A stretch of DNA of 64,000 nucleotides from a virus: positions 1 to 64,000 of IMG/VR virus record IMGVR_UViG_3300042868_005641; one strand, written 5' to 3'. This document shows, in pieces, positions 1-10,126 of this stretch. The notes beneath the pieces are model-generated. The model was given only the letters and a program-made list of their open reading frames with translations, was not told the origin of the DNA and made no database searches. Made by a program: the position numbers and the translations under genes. The first letter of the stretch is position 1, and each line of letters starts with the position of its first letter.

Positions 1-64
1 GCTGGATACAACAAATATACCGCCACCAGGTCTTAGACGCATACATACTTCATTGGAGACTCTA

Positions 65-1042
65 ATGAAAAAAACTGCTTTTATTACAGGCATGACTGGT
101 CAGGACGGCCCGTATCTTGCTAAACTATTGGTCGAAAAAGGCTATCATGTGTACGGCCTTGTAAAACGATACTCAAACCCAAACTTAGATAATATCAAGT
201 GGTTGGGCATAGAAAATGATATCGAGTTAGTAACCGGTGATATCACTGATGAAAACAACATGAATCATCTCATGCAAACTCTCAAGCCTGCCGAAGTATA
301 CAACCTAGCAGCACAGAGTTTTGTAGGAGCAAGTTGGGATCTCAACAAACTCACAACTGAAGTAAATTCAATTGGTGCGTTGAATTTGCTGAATGCAATT
401 CGCAGCCATGTTCCTAACACACGCTTTTATCAAGCTAGCACAAGTGAAATGTTTGGTAATGCTACAGAAGCTGGGCAACAAGGAGAACTCACTCCATTCC
501 GCCCACGTAGCCCATACGGAGTTAGCAAACTGTACAGTCACTGGATGACCATAAACTTTCGTGAAAGTTACAGTTTATATGCTTGCTCGGGCATATTGTT
601 CAATCATGAAAGCCCGTTGCGTGGCCGTGAATTTGTCACACGCAAAGTAACCGATGGGGTTGCTCGTATCAAGCTAGGCCTAGAAAAATCTATCACCCTG
701 GGCAATCTTGATGCACGACGAGATTGGGGATTTGCTGGTGACTTTGTAGAAGCCATGTGGCTGATGCTACAACAACCCGAAGCTAGGGACTATGTTATTT
801 CTACAGGTGAACAACACAGCATTAGAGAACTGTGTGATATTGCATTCCGTCATGCTGGTATTATTGATTGGCAGTCTATGATCAAATCTGATCCTAGATT
901 CAAACGTCCTGCCGAACTGCACAGCTTGTGTGGTGATTCGACATCTGCTAGAGATATACTAGGATGGAAACCGCGTACTGATTTTGCTACCATGATACGT
1001 AGTATGGTGGATGCTGATTTAGCTAGACTGCAATCTACCTAG
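65..1042 (+). CDS. gmd: GDP-mannose 4,6-dehydratase
   Basis: ITGMTGQDG Rossmann motif, NLAAQSFV, YQASTSE, PYGVSK (YxxxK), LFNHESPLRG, LGNLDARRDWG. ATG at 65 follows a GGAG RBS. Confidence 0.95.
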   Translation: MKKTAFITGMTGQDGPYLAKLLVEKGYHVYGLVKRYSNPNLDNIKWLGIENDIELVTGDITDENNMNHLMQTLKPAEVYNLAAQSFVGASWDLNKLTTEVNSIGALNLLNAIRSHVPNTRFYQASTSEMFGNATEAGQQGELTPFRPRSPYGVSKLYSHWMTINFRESYSLYACSGILFNHESPLRGREFVTRKVTDGVARIKLGLEKSITLGNLDARRDWGFAGDFVEAMWLMLQQPEARDYVISTGEQHSIRELCDIAFRHAGIIDWQSMIKSDPRFKRPAELHSLCGDSTSARDILGWKPRTDFATMIRSMVDADLARLQST

Positions 1043-1861
1043 CAATCTTCCAATTGGCCCACCGGTCGTTATTTCACCCAGGGTCCATTCTGTGTGACAT
1101 AACTCATCCAACCACACTGACCTGTCAGGCATGTGTGGTTTTTCTATTTGTGCGTAATCTAAATTGGCCACAGGTGCTGCCATTGAGTATGCACCCACAA
1201 ATGCCGGAACACCATCTAGTATAGCTTGACTTCCGGGCCCAGAATTTTCATTGACCACTGCCCAGGCCTTGTTTAAACTTGATCTGAAATCAAATTCATC
1301 ATAAGTTCCACGCAAAGACAATGGCATTTGAAACTTCACCCCTATCTTTGGTTGCAGTTTTTGTCTAGGATGTGGCCTAACCACGATAGGTCGATCAGTG
1401 TGCTCACGCAACTTGGCAATGGTTTGATCTAGCCATTGTTGTGCAGGTGGCAATCCAATCCATTGTTCACTATCGCTGCGTTGCATGGCTATCAAGATAT
1501 GATCACCTTGATGCCATGGCTGCAATCTCACTGCTAGTTTTTTTGCACGTCCTGGCTCAATACCTTCGCCGAACCATCCACGAGCATTTACACCATTGAT
1601 ACCCATTTTCCATGTGACACCACGATTCAATTGTCCTACTTCTAGCACAATCACTGGGCGACCGGATGCAGAGAACTCATCCCATACTGCTCGATTAGGG
1701 GCCATACGTCCAGTCCATAACTGACTCCAGATCACTGCTACGTCTGCAGACATGTTGTGCTCGGTTACACGTATACGATGTTTCTTACAACCGTTACGAA
1801 ATGCTTCAAATACTGGCCCTGAATTAAGGGCGCCAAACTTATTAAAGATGCTGATGTTCAT
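1019..1861 (-). CDS. GT-B-like protein resembling capsule polysaccharide biosynthesis proteins
   Basis: IVVRPHP and AVVNENSGPGSQAILDGVP motifs; paralogous to 4165-5130 and 5127-5939. Confidence 0.55.
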   Translation of the reverse strand: MNISIFNKFGALNSGPVFEAFRNGCKKHRIRVTEHNMSADVAVIWSQLWTGRMAPNRAVWDEFSASGRPVIVLEVGQLNRGVTWKMGINGVNARGWFGEGIEPGRAKKLAVRLQPWHQGDHILIAMQRSDSEQWIGLPPAQQWLDQTIAKLREHTDRPIVVRPHPRQKLQPKIGVKFQMPLSLRGTYDEFDFRSSLNKAWAVVNENSGPGSQAILDGVPAFVGAYSMAAPVANLDYAQIEKPHMPDRSVWLDELCHTEWTLGEITTGGPIGRLLGRLQSS

Positions 1862-1878
1862 AGTGATAATTAGTATAT

Positions 1879-2601
1879 ATGAACTTTACTCTTCCATACG
1901 AAAAACAAGGGCACAGCCAATTTGGCGAAACTGGTATAATTGAACTATTACTCTCTGGATTGCAAGATCCACATCAAACTTTTTTAGAAATTGGGTTTGG
2001 CACAGGTAATCAGAATATGACCATGGACTTATTAGACCGAGGCTATCATGGTGTAGGTGTTGACGCCCGAGATTGGGATCCTGATACACCCAATCGTTGG
2101 GGTGATGCCATTACTAAATTAACTCAGATGATCACCCCCGACAATATAGTAGACGTTCTACGACCAGTGACTGACTGGAATACTGATTTCTTTAGTCTTG
2201 ATATAGATAGTTTTGATTACGAAATTGCCCGTGCGTTATTAGAAGCAGGCTTCCGCCCTGCTGTGGTGTGTGTAGAGATCAACAAGCACTTTGGACTCAC
2301 AACACAGGCCAGCTTTCCTTATATCCCCAATGCAAGAAAAAAAACTTACGATCGTAGATACTTTTGTGGAGCTAGTTTAAGCAAATATACCAAACTGTGG
2401 GAACATTATGGTATGAAATTTTTTACATTAAATAGTATCAGCAATCACAATGCTTTTTACTATGATCCAACTAGAGTCACTATACCTGATGTACCTGTGT
2501 TATCACAAATTGAAGTCGAACTGCAGGACATAAACACAATGATCCAAGAACATTGGTGTTGGAAAGATCATCAACAAACTATCTACAAGGATTTTAAATG
2601 A
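1879..2601 (+). CDS. FkbM-like SAM-dependent methyltransferase
   Basis: SQFGETG, FLEIGFG, FSLDIDSFDY, RPAVVCVE. Confidence 0.6.
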   Translation: MNFTLPYEKQGHSQFGETGIIELLLSGLQDPHQTFLEIGFGTGNQNMTMDLLDRGYHGVGVDARDWDPDTPNRWGDAITKLTQMITPDNIVDVLRPVTDWNTDFFSLDIDSFDYEIARALLEAGFRPAVVCVEINKHFGLTTQASFPYIPNARKKTYDRRYFCGASLSKYTKLWEHYGMKFFTLNSISNHNAFYYDPTRVTIPDVPVLSQIEVELQDINTMIQEHWCWKDHQQTIYKDFK

Positions 2602-3422
2602 CTAAATTTGCAGTAGTTACTACATTCAATCAAGCAGGTTACGACAAGTATGCTAGCAAGATGATTGATACTTTTTTAAAAAGTTGGCCAAGAGAAGTTG
2701 ATCTATATGTGTATACAGAAGATTGCACAATCACACAATCAGCTTCTAATCTGCATGTGAGAGATCTGCATGCATTAAGTCCTGAGATTGTTGCATTCAA
2801 ACAACGATGGGGGCCTGATCCCAGAGCTCGCGGTGAAGTAGCAACTGGTCCTACGGATAAAAAAGGCAAAGCCCCGGGCATTGGATTCCGTTGGGATGCA
2901 ATACGATTCAGTCACAAAGCCTACAGTGTGTTTCATGCTGCTGCCAATTGCAAAACTGATGTGTTATTTTGGATGGATGCTGATATGATATGTCACACCA
3001 GTCTTAGCGCAGCATTTTTAGTATTACAGATACCGTCAGACGTGGGGCTGGCGTATCTAGGACGAGAAAGAAAGTTTTCTGAGTGCGGATTGTATGCAAT
3101 GAATCTTCGAAATCCAATCACTCGCAAATGGCTTGCAGAGTTTCAACTGGCATATGATTCAGGCCGACTCATGACCATGGCTGAATGGAATGACTGCTGG
3201 GTATTTGACGAAACTCGTAAAGAAGTTCAAGCAGCTCATCCTGAATGGCAAGTGTTAAACTGGAGTGAAGGCTTGATTCAAGGCGAAGGACATCCGTTGA
3301 TCAACACAGTCTGGGGAGCATATTTGGATCACCTCAAAGGCAATCGAAAGGACACAGGACGCAGTCTTGCTAAAGATCTCATCCGACCTAGGAACGAGCG
3401 TTATTGGTCTTCGGGGTACTGA
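2598..3422 (+). CDS. GT-A-fold glycosyltransferase-like protein
   Basis: FWMDAD DxD motif, RFSHKAY, C-terminal HLKG. Confidence 0.6.
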   Translation: MTKFAVVTTFNQAGYDKYASKMIDTFLKSWPREVDLYVYTEDCTITQSASNLHVRDLHALSPEIVAFKQRWGPDPRARGEVATGPTDKKGKAPGIGFRWDAIRFSHKAYSVFHAAANCKTDVLFWMDADMICHTSLSAAFLVLQIPSDVGLAYLGRERKFSECGLYAMNLRNPITRKWLAEFQLAYDSGRLMTMAEWNDCWVFDETRKEVQAAHPEWQVLNWSEGLIQGEGHPLINTVWGAYLDHLKGNRKDTGRSLAKDLIRPRNERYWSSGY

Positions 3423-4168
3423 GATAAGTCAGGATCAAAGCAGATCTCGCTAACATCTGCTTTGGAATATTCAGCTTTGCTATGTTTGGCTTTGTAATGC
3501 ATCAGGTATGGGCCTAATACAGTATGAGGTAGTGGCGTTTTATATTTCTTCTCAAACCCATAGCACAAGTCGTTGTATTGTGCATTCACTGAATTCAACG
3601 CTGCACCAAACACATCATTGTCATAGAATCTACGAAGATCTTTATAGTCGCGTTCATGATAACGTCTAATGTATTCAGATCTAAATGCCTGGAACTTTTT
3701 GTGACGAGTGTTTACAGCAAAAATTCCAGTCTCAGGGCATAACCATTCACCAGGGTGTCCTGACTTGTTTTCATGATATGTCACACCCATATACATACTG
3801 AGACACTCAGGCCGCAGCAGTGAATCAATTAACACTTGAGGAATAGCTTTTAATGTGAGAACATCGGCATCTTGCCATATGATCCAATCTGCTTGGCTAT
3901 GCATCAAGGCATGCATAACACTGTATGCTTTTTTTGAGAACTTCTTGTCAGACTGACTAAACGTTGTGTCTAACTGAAATTTTTCATAATCTGGGTCTAG
4001 TTGATCAAAATCAATTTGCCGAATACGTTGATGTTCAGGTAGTCTAAATCCTTCTACGTAACAAGTAATTGAGAGATCTTTGGGCCAATGTTCTAGGAAA
4101 CTATCCACACTGTCTCGCCCGATAAGATCATAATATAATTGATTAAAACTGGTTATAACTTCTATCAT
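3401..4168 (-). CDS. GT-A-fold glycosyltransferase-like protein, paralog of 2598-3422
   Basis: KFSKKAYSV, IWQDAD, HYKA. Start at 4168 makes an ATGA overlap with the upstream stop. Confidence 0.6.
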   Translation of the reverse strand: MIEVITSFNQLYYDLIGRDSVDSFLEHWPKDLSITCYVEGFRLPEHQRIRQIDFDQLDPDYEKFQLDTTFSQSDKKFSKKAYSVMHALMHSQADWIIWQDADVLTLKAIPQVLIDSLLRPECLSMYMGVTYHENKSGHPGEWLCPETGIFAVNTRHKKFQAFRSEYIRRYHERDYKDLRRFYDNDVFGAALNSVNAQYNDLCYGFEKKYKTPLPHTVLGPYLMHYKAKHSKAEYSKADVSEICFDPDLSQYPEDQ

Positions 4169-5130
4169 TTTTTTGCCCATTTTTTCATGTGTGCCCAACA
4201 TACACCTGTACGCAATTCCTCGTGACTCCAATGGAACTGACTGATGCGTCGAACCCATTCTTGCCGATCAGGCATGAAAGGATTTTCAATTCGATTCAAC
4301 GACAACGTTGCTACATCTCGTGCTTGACTACGATCTGGATCAGTAAGAAACACCGGAATTCCTTCTATAACAGCAGCTACACCTGGACTAGAATTGTGAT
4401 TTACAACTGCCCAACAATTAGCAAAATCTTGAGTCAATGATGATACTGATTGACTAATTTCAATTTTAGGTATTCGACGCCCTTGACATAGTTTGATCAA
4501 TCGATCGCAATATTTTACAGCCCGTTTATCTCCAGGATGAGGACGTATACGTATAGGACGATCACTATATTTGCGTATTTCAATTATGGCTTTGATAGCC
4601 CAATCAATCACATCCCACCCGCCCATGCTCCACCCACCATCACGTTGCAAACACAATAAGATATGATTGCCAGAAGTTCTCCAGGGTTTTAGTTCTAGTG
4701 CGTAGTGTCGTTGAACTTGATTCCATCTAGCAGGATCAGGAGTTTGATTACAATATTCTCCAGTGTTGGCAAAGATGCCATCGTAACTGTAGCGCAACCA
4801 GTATCCTGGATTTTCTTTGTTCCTGTATAAGAACAGATTGCTGTCTGCCACAATAGTTCTACCACCTGCTGCGAGTTGCCCATCTATAATTTCTTGTCTA
4901 AACTGCAAGTGTGCAGCAGTTTTGCCATGCTCGTGAACCCATCCTAGTATAACAGCCACTTCGCTAGGTTGATAGTTCATGTTGGTTTCAACAATTCCTT
5001 GATCACCTTGTGCATTTACGCCTTGTGCAAAGTATGTTAGTGTATTGACTTTGTCAGTGGCATTTTTCAAGCTCTCGGCTGTGTATTGCTCTTTTTTAGG
5101 CAAGGTTGCGGTATAACTTATAACTCTCAT
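4165..5130 (-). CDS. GT-B-like capsule-biosynthesis-like protein
   Basis: IRIRPHP, AVVNHNSSPGVAAVIEGIP. Confidence 0.55.
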   Translation of the reverse strand: MRVISYTATLPKKEQYTAESLKNATDKVNTLTYFAQGVNAQGDQGIVETNMNYQPSEVAVILGWVHEHGKTAAHLQFRQEIIDGQLAAGGRTIVADSNLFLYRNKENPGYWLRYSYDGIFANTGEYCNQTPDPARWNQVQRHYALELKPWRTSGNHILLCLQRDGGWSMGGWDVIDWAIKAIIEIRKYSDRPIRIRPHPGDKRAVKYCDRLIKLCQGRRIPKIEISQSVSSLTQDFANCWAVVNHNSSPGVAAVIEGIPVFLTDPDRSQARDVATLSLNRIENPFMPDRQEWVRRISQFHWSHEELRTGVCWAHMKKWAKK

Positions 5131-5939
5131 ATTTCTTGCATCATTCTAAATGCTGTGCCATTTTTTAATTCGCGCACATGATATTGTCCGTATGCCATAC
5201 TATGGCACCATGCATCCAACAAGTCTTGATCTGGATAAAATGGATTTTCTATCTTGGACAAGTCTTGATTGGCCACAGGCTCAGCCACATGGCTGGGTGC
5301 CATGACAAATGCTGGAACACCAGCCAATATACTTTCCACTGCTGCAACACTGTTGAATGTAACTAGAGCATGCACATCTTGTGTTAACAACTGACTCAGT
5401 GGCTGATTCATTACTCTATCTATGCGTAATGCTGCACGTTCTCGAACTTCCACCGGGCGATCTGTATGTTTTTTAATTTCGGCCACAGTGTCATGAATCC
5501 ATTGTTGCTGATCAATTCCATAATACTTGCAGGGTTTTTCATCAGGGGCTGCTACTATAATCTTATGTCCGTGGAGTCGAGGATGAGTTTTAACCCCCAG
5601 TAAGTCCCACCGATCACTGGGCCGTGGTCTTATGATTCGATGCTGCAAGTCATTGAGCACAATCCTATGATATTGTTTAATACCCTGACTGTTTCGATCA
5701 CCTACATTGTTACCAACGTACCCTGAATCCATGTAATAAAAATTATTGCCATCTGCTAGGCATTTTTTCATGATCTTGTGTTTGAGAATACCACGCAGTA
5801 CCAGCTGATTATGATCCACATCCACATCGTAATGATAATCAAAATAATCTGAATCCAATGGTTGCATGTTCGCACTGTGGGCCAGCATGTTTACGTACTC
5901 GTCCTTGCCGCCTTTACTTAGGAAAATCCAGTTGCTCAT
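5127..5939 (-). CDS. GT-B-like capsule-biosynthesis-like protein
   Basis: ALVTFNSVAAVESILAGVP; same family as its neighbours. Start taken as MSNWIF. Confidence 0.5.
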   Translation of the reverse strand: MSNWIFLSKGGKDEYVNMLAHSANMQPLDSDYFDYHYDVDVDHNQLVLRGILKHKIMKKCLADGNNFYYMDSGYVGNNVGDRNSQGIKQYHRIVLNDLQHRIIRPRPSDRWDLLGVKTHPRLHGHKIIVAAPDEKPCKYYGIDQQQWIHDTVAEIKKHTDRPVEVRERAALRIDRVMNQPLSQLLTQDVHALVTFNSVAAVESILAGVPAFVMAPSHVAEPVANQDLSKIENPFYPDQDLLDAWCHSMAYGQYHVRELKNGTAFRMMQEI

Positions 5940-6628
5940 AAAATATCTCTTTGTTGGCAATACTCTGTGAAAATACGCTCTCTATGCCACTCATTTGAGA
6001 AATCGCCTTGATCAGCAAACTCATGAAAGCAAGGAGTTCCTAGAGTAAAGTGAACCAACTTTGCCAATGGGTTCCATTCGTACTCTACATCTAACCAATT
6101 CCATTCAGCAGGCAATTCTCCTATGCGAGCATCGTCGAGCCAGGTAAATCTGTGCAGTTCTGCACCAGTAGACTTTTCAACAAACTCGGGGGTAAGTTTG
6201 CGGTTAGGGAAACTGTTGCAGTTCCACAGCATCACGCTGCTCCAGTTCTTACGTGGATAGTTTTCATTTTTGCTACCAAGGTACTTTTCACTCATGCGTG
6301 TTTCGTAATTGTGTTTGACAACTTGCACATCCATGGAAGTGTTACGCAACTCCCATAATTCAGCAATGTCCCCGCGCACGATCATGTCGCCATCTATAAA
6401 AATGGCATGACTGGAATAGTTCATTAAATGCGGTACTAAGAAACGTGTGTAGATGAAATGATTAGATCCATCTGTGTGTGTTTCTGAATAATCTTTGAAC
6501 AGATTCAAAGCCAATGGAACAATAGCTACAGGTTTGCTACTATTGCGTATGATTGAATTTACACAGGTGTGGTATGCAATGGCTTCTCTAGGGTCGTACC
6601 CTACAAACACTGGTATAATGTTGTTCAT
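5936..6628 (-). CDS. GT8-like glycosyltransferase
   Basis: VFVGYDPRE, FIYTRFLVP, FIDGDM, YPRKNWSS, LPAEWNWL, HFTLGTP. Confidence 0.75.
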   Translation of the reverse strand: MNNIIPVFVGYDPREAIAYHTCVNSIIRNSSKPVAIVPLALNLFKDYSETHTDGSNHFIYTRFLVPHLMNYSSHAIFIDGDMIVRGDIAELWELRNTSMDVQVVKHNYETRMSEKYLGSKNENYPRKNWSSVMLWNCNSFPNRKLTPEFVEKSTGAELHRFTWLDDARIGELPAEWNWLDVEYEWNPLAKLVHFTLGTPCFHEFADQGDFSNEWHRERIFTEYCQQRDIL

Positions 6629-7392
6629 TTGCGCTCGATATCTTCTTCTACACAATCTTCACCATACTGAATTTCAATGAGTTTGAGCAATTGATCAGTT
6701 TCGTTACACAACTGATGCCATTCTCCTAGGCGAATCCATGTGTGTTGATGCCGGGCAGGGCTAGCCAACAAATCATAATCAGTACTATGCGGATCCACGG
6801 TGTACACAGTGGCTTCACCTTCGGCCACAAACCAAAATTCTGCACGTTTTTCATGCCGTTGCATACTGAGTCGTTGTCCCGGTAGCACTGTTAGTTCTTT
6901 GAGTTTAACATGTGAGCCAACTTCATGCAGGATACGGTAATACCCCCAAGCACGGTCTGTTTTGGGTTTTTTCCATTCTTCTAAAATCCAGCTGCTGCTG
7001 TTGGCTTTGTTTTCACCGCCGACACCAAACACAAACTCCACATCATCAAACACCATTTCGGGTATATTTTCTTTTGTGCGATCCCCGCCATTGGCAAAGA
7101 TTATTTCTGCGCTGGGATATTGAGCTTTGACTTTGCGAATTGCATCACACGCAGATCCGTCAGCATCATCAAAACTAACAACACCGTCTACGTATCTACA
7201 TCCCAGCAGCACAGCCCATCGCTCATGGTAATTCATAAACGGTCGACCTTTTTTACGGGAGAGCCATTCATCAGAGTTTAATCCCACAATCAACATGTGA
7301 CCAAGTTTACGTGCATCTCTAAGATACATCACATGACCTGAATGCATGGGGTCAAACCCACCGGTAACAATTACAATTTTCATAGTGTCCAT
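6625..7392 (-). CDS. Cytidylyltransferase-family nucleotidyltransferase fused to a cupin (type II mannose-6-phosphate isomerase C-terminal-like) domain
   Basis: TGGFDPMHSGH (HIGH-like), GLNSD, ANGGDR; C-terminal RAWGYY...LSMQRHEKRAEFW...EDIER. Confidence 0.8.
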   Translation of the reverse strand: MDTMKIVIVTGGFDPMHSGHVMYLRDARKLGHMLIVGLNSDEWLSRKKGRPFMNYHERWAVLLGCRYVDGVVSFDDADGSACDAIRKVKAQYPSAEIIFANGGDRTKENIPEMVFDDVEFVFGVGGENKANSSSWILEEWKKPKTDRAWGYYRILHEVGSHVKLKELTVLPGQRLSMQRHEKRAEFWFVAEGEATVYTVDPHSTDYDLLASPARHQHTWIRLGEWHQLCNETDQLLKLIEIQYGEDCVEEDIERK

Positions 7393-7432
7393 AGAAATAT
7401 TTATCGGCGTACATAACGGTAAATAAAATATC

Positions 7433-8005
7433 ATGGAACATTTTTATCAAACAGTGGACGGATTTATGGGCCCAAGAAACATCATGATGTTTGACTTGGT
7501 ACTTAAAGATTTCCCCAAGTTAGGAACTTGGGTTGAGCTAGGATCCTGGATGGGGCGAAGTACGGCCTATTGTGCAGTAGAGTTAATTAATTCAGACAAA
7601 ATAGGTAAGTTTTATTGTGTAGATACTTGGCAAGGTGGCGACACTCTTGAAAATCATACCTGGGTGTTGGATGGCACAATCAAGCAAAGATTTCTTGACA
7701 ATATTGTACCAATAGCACAACATATAACACCCATACAAAGCATAAGTTGGATTGCGGCAGATCATTTTGCTGATGCCAGCGTGGATTTTTGTTATGTTGA
7801 TGCCTTGCACACATATGAAGGTGTTATGCAGGATTTAACAGCGTGGTGGCCCAAAATTAAACCTGGTGCATGGTTTGCCGGTGACGATTACACCAAAGGG
7901 TGGCCCGGCGTGCAACAAGCAGTTCAGGAATTTTTTATCAAACAAGATGTGCGAGTTAATCGCTGCGGCAGATGCTGGCTAGTTAAAAAACCAGAAATAA
8001 TATGA
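7433..8005 (+). CDS. Class I SAM-dependent methyltransferase
   Basis: VELGSWMGRS, VDTW, YVDALHTYE, KPG...GDDY. Confidence 0.8.
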   Translation: MEHFYQTVDGFMGPRNIMMFDLVLKDFPKLGTWVELGSWMGRSTAYCAVELINSDKIGKFYCVDTWQGGDTLENHTWVLDGTIKQRFLDNIVPIAQHITPIQSISWIAADHFADASVDFCYVDALHTYEGVMQDLTAWWPKIKPGAWFAGDDYTKGWPGVQQAVQEFFIKQDVRVNRCGRCWLVKKPEII

Positions 8006-8637
8006 ATAATTGGCTAGACTTTTATAAAAAAACTTACTACCCCTTACTTAATGCTACACTAAGTGGTGTCAAGCGAGGATTACATGAAGGGCTGGGACAA
8101 CGAGCTGACGGTTTCAAATTGATGTTTGAACTGTTGTTACAAAAACAACGCACAAGATATCATATTATTGAGACCGGAACTTGTCGTAATCCAGGTAATT
8201 GGAAAGATGGGCAAAGCGCGGTAATATTTACAGATTTTGTCAAACACACCGGCGGCTGGGTTCGCAGCGTAGATATTGATGCAACAGCATGTGATCGGGC
8301 CCGATCACATATTACCAGTGACTTATTCAGTGTTACTTGTAGTGACAGTGTGTCTTGGTTAAAACAACAATCTGATCTTGCTGATGTTGATTTGTTTTAT
8401 CTTGACAGTTACGATGTAAAATGGGCAAACGACACAAATAGTGCTGCCCATCATTTGCAAGAATTTCAAACAATTGAAAAACACATTGTTGCTGGAACAA
8501 TTATTGCCATAGATGACAATGCTAGATTCCTTGATAGTGGACGTCGTACTGGAAAGGGTAGAATGATAGTAGAATATCTCGAATCAAAAGGAATACAGCC
8601 GGTGTATGATGCTTACCAAATAATATATCAGATATGA
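8002..8637 (+). CDS. Class I SAM-dependent methyltransferase-like protein
   Basis: IIETG, SVDID, DLFYLDS, IAIDD, GKG. Confidence 0.7.
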   Translation: MNNWLDFYKKTYYPLLNATLSGVKRGLHEGLGQRADGFKLMFELLLQKQRTRYHIIETGTCRNPGNWKDGQSAVIFTDFVKHTGGWVRSVDIDATACDRARSHITSDLFSVTCSDSVSWLKQQSDLADVDLFYLDSYDVKWANDTNSAAHHLQEFQTIEKHIVAGTIIAIDDNARFLDSGRRTGKGRMIVEYLESKGIQPVYDAYQIIYQI

Positions 8638-9413
8638 TAGTTGATACTTTTATGTTTAACGATGAATTTGATATGCTGGATATACGTTTAGCTATCACTG
8701 AATCATATGTTGATAGTTGGATCATATTAGAAGGTAATAAAACTTGGAGCGGTATTCCTAAAGCATATAATCTAAGTTTGAATCTGGACCGATACACAAA
8801 ATACCAAGATAGAATTTCCATAATCAAATTGGATATACCAACGGACTATGTGAACTGGCAATGCGAAAATTATAGTCGAGCTGCCCTGCAACATGAAATT
8901 AAAAAACTTAATGGTCAAGACATAGTGTTACATGGGGATTTGGATGAAATAATAGACCCGACAAAATTTGACAGCATTGTTACACTGATGAATCAACAGA
9001 ATCTTCCAGTATCATGCTCTTTGGAAATGTTTATATACAGATTTGATCAAAAAACCAATCGCAACTGGAGCGGGACAGTTGTGGCAAAAAAACACATGTT
9101 TGATAATCCGCAGCAGTTGTATAAAGGAGCCAATGTGAAAAAAAAGGATCGTAGCCATTGTGTGGGTTATCCGGGTAATGCAGGGTGGCACTGGACCTGG
9201 ATTGGATCAGATGAAAGAATACGTAACAAAGTTATGAGCTGTATCGAAAGTCAGCACAGAGATCCTGAACAGGTATTGGCAGCATTCAAGCAGTCAGACA
9301 CGGCCTCAGCAATAAATCACAAGTGTACCACCAGCACTATTCAGGTTAACTATCCCGACTTGGTGATGAGAGTGCTGCAACAATACCCACAATATTGGAA
9401 TATACAATCTTGA
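8634..9413 (+). CDS. GT17-like (N-acetylglucosaminyltransferase-like) protein
   Basis: DTFMFNDEFDML, EGNKTWSGIPK, GDLDEI, GWHWTW. Confidence 0.75.
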   Translation: MIVDTFMFNDEFDMLDIRLAITESYVDSWIILEGNKTWSGIPKAYNLSLNLDRYTKYQDRISIIKLDIPTDYVNWQCENYSRAALQHEIKKLNGQDIVLHGDLDEIIDPTKFDSIVTLMNQQNLPVSCSLEMFIYRFDQKTNRNWSGTVVAKKHMFDNPQQLYKGANVKKKDRSHCVGYPGNAGWHWTWIGSDERIRNKVMSCIESQHRDPEQVLAAFKQSDTASAINHKCTTSTIQVNYPDLVMRVLQQYPQYWNIQS

Positions 9414-10117
9414 CAAATAAAATAAAACTCATAAACGGTTGGAATTTTCCTGAAAATGATATTGGCCCCAGTACCTGGGCTGATTGCGAGTGGGGCGAAC
9501 CTATTTTAAACACCGCCATGTTTGATGAAATTTTATCAGTATTTGATGGTAGAGTCAGGCGCCATGCCTTGGACATAGGTGCCAATATAGGATATGTAAC
9601 GTCCTGGCTGAGCAAACGTTGGCCACGGGTGACCAGCTTTGAACCCACGCCGTTAACGTTTGAATGCTTACAGTTGAATTGCACAAGATCACACATACGG
9701 TTGCATAATCTTGGATTAAGTAATATCAATGGAAATCTTTGCTTTGCCACAAGCGATGTTAAACCTGATCAAAATCAAATAATTACAAACGAAAGCAAAT
9801 TGCGTAAACATTGGGGATTTACTCGTGTTCCAACTCGACGATTAGATAGTTTTAATTTTGGCACCGTTGATTTTATTAAAATTGACGTAGAGGGGCATGA
9901 ATATCAAGTAATACAAGGAGCTCTTAACACCATACAACGTTGTAGACCTGCTATAATGATTGAGATCAGCTATGAAGGAAAACTACTTGATCACGAAATT
10001 TCGTCAGACCATAAACAAACTATATCAGTTATAGAAAATTTAGGATATCGCACAGTATGGCAACATAAACATGATTGGTTATTAATTCCCAATGAGTGGC
10101 ATCGCACTGCTCCTTAA
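9395..10117 (+). CDS. FkbM family methyltransferase
   Basis: LDIGANIG, SFEP, DFIKIDVEGHE, RPAIMIE. True start may be the TTG at 9410. Confidence 0.85.
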   Translation: MEYTILTNKIKLINGWNFPENDIGPSTWADCEWGEPILNTAMFDEILSVFDGRVRRHALDIGANIGYVTSWLSKRWPRVTSFEPTPLTFECLQLNCTRSHIRLHNLGLSNINGNLCFATSDVKPDQNQIITNESKLRKHWGFTRVPTRRLDSFNFGTVDFIKIDVEGHEYQVIQGALNTIQRCRPAIMIEISYEGKLLDHEISSDHKQTISVIENLGYRTVWQHKHDWLLIPNEWHRTAP

Positions 10118-10126
10118 CAAATTAAT

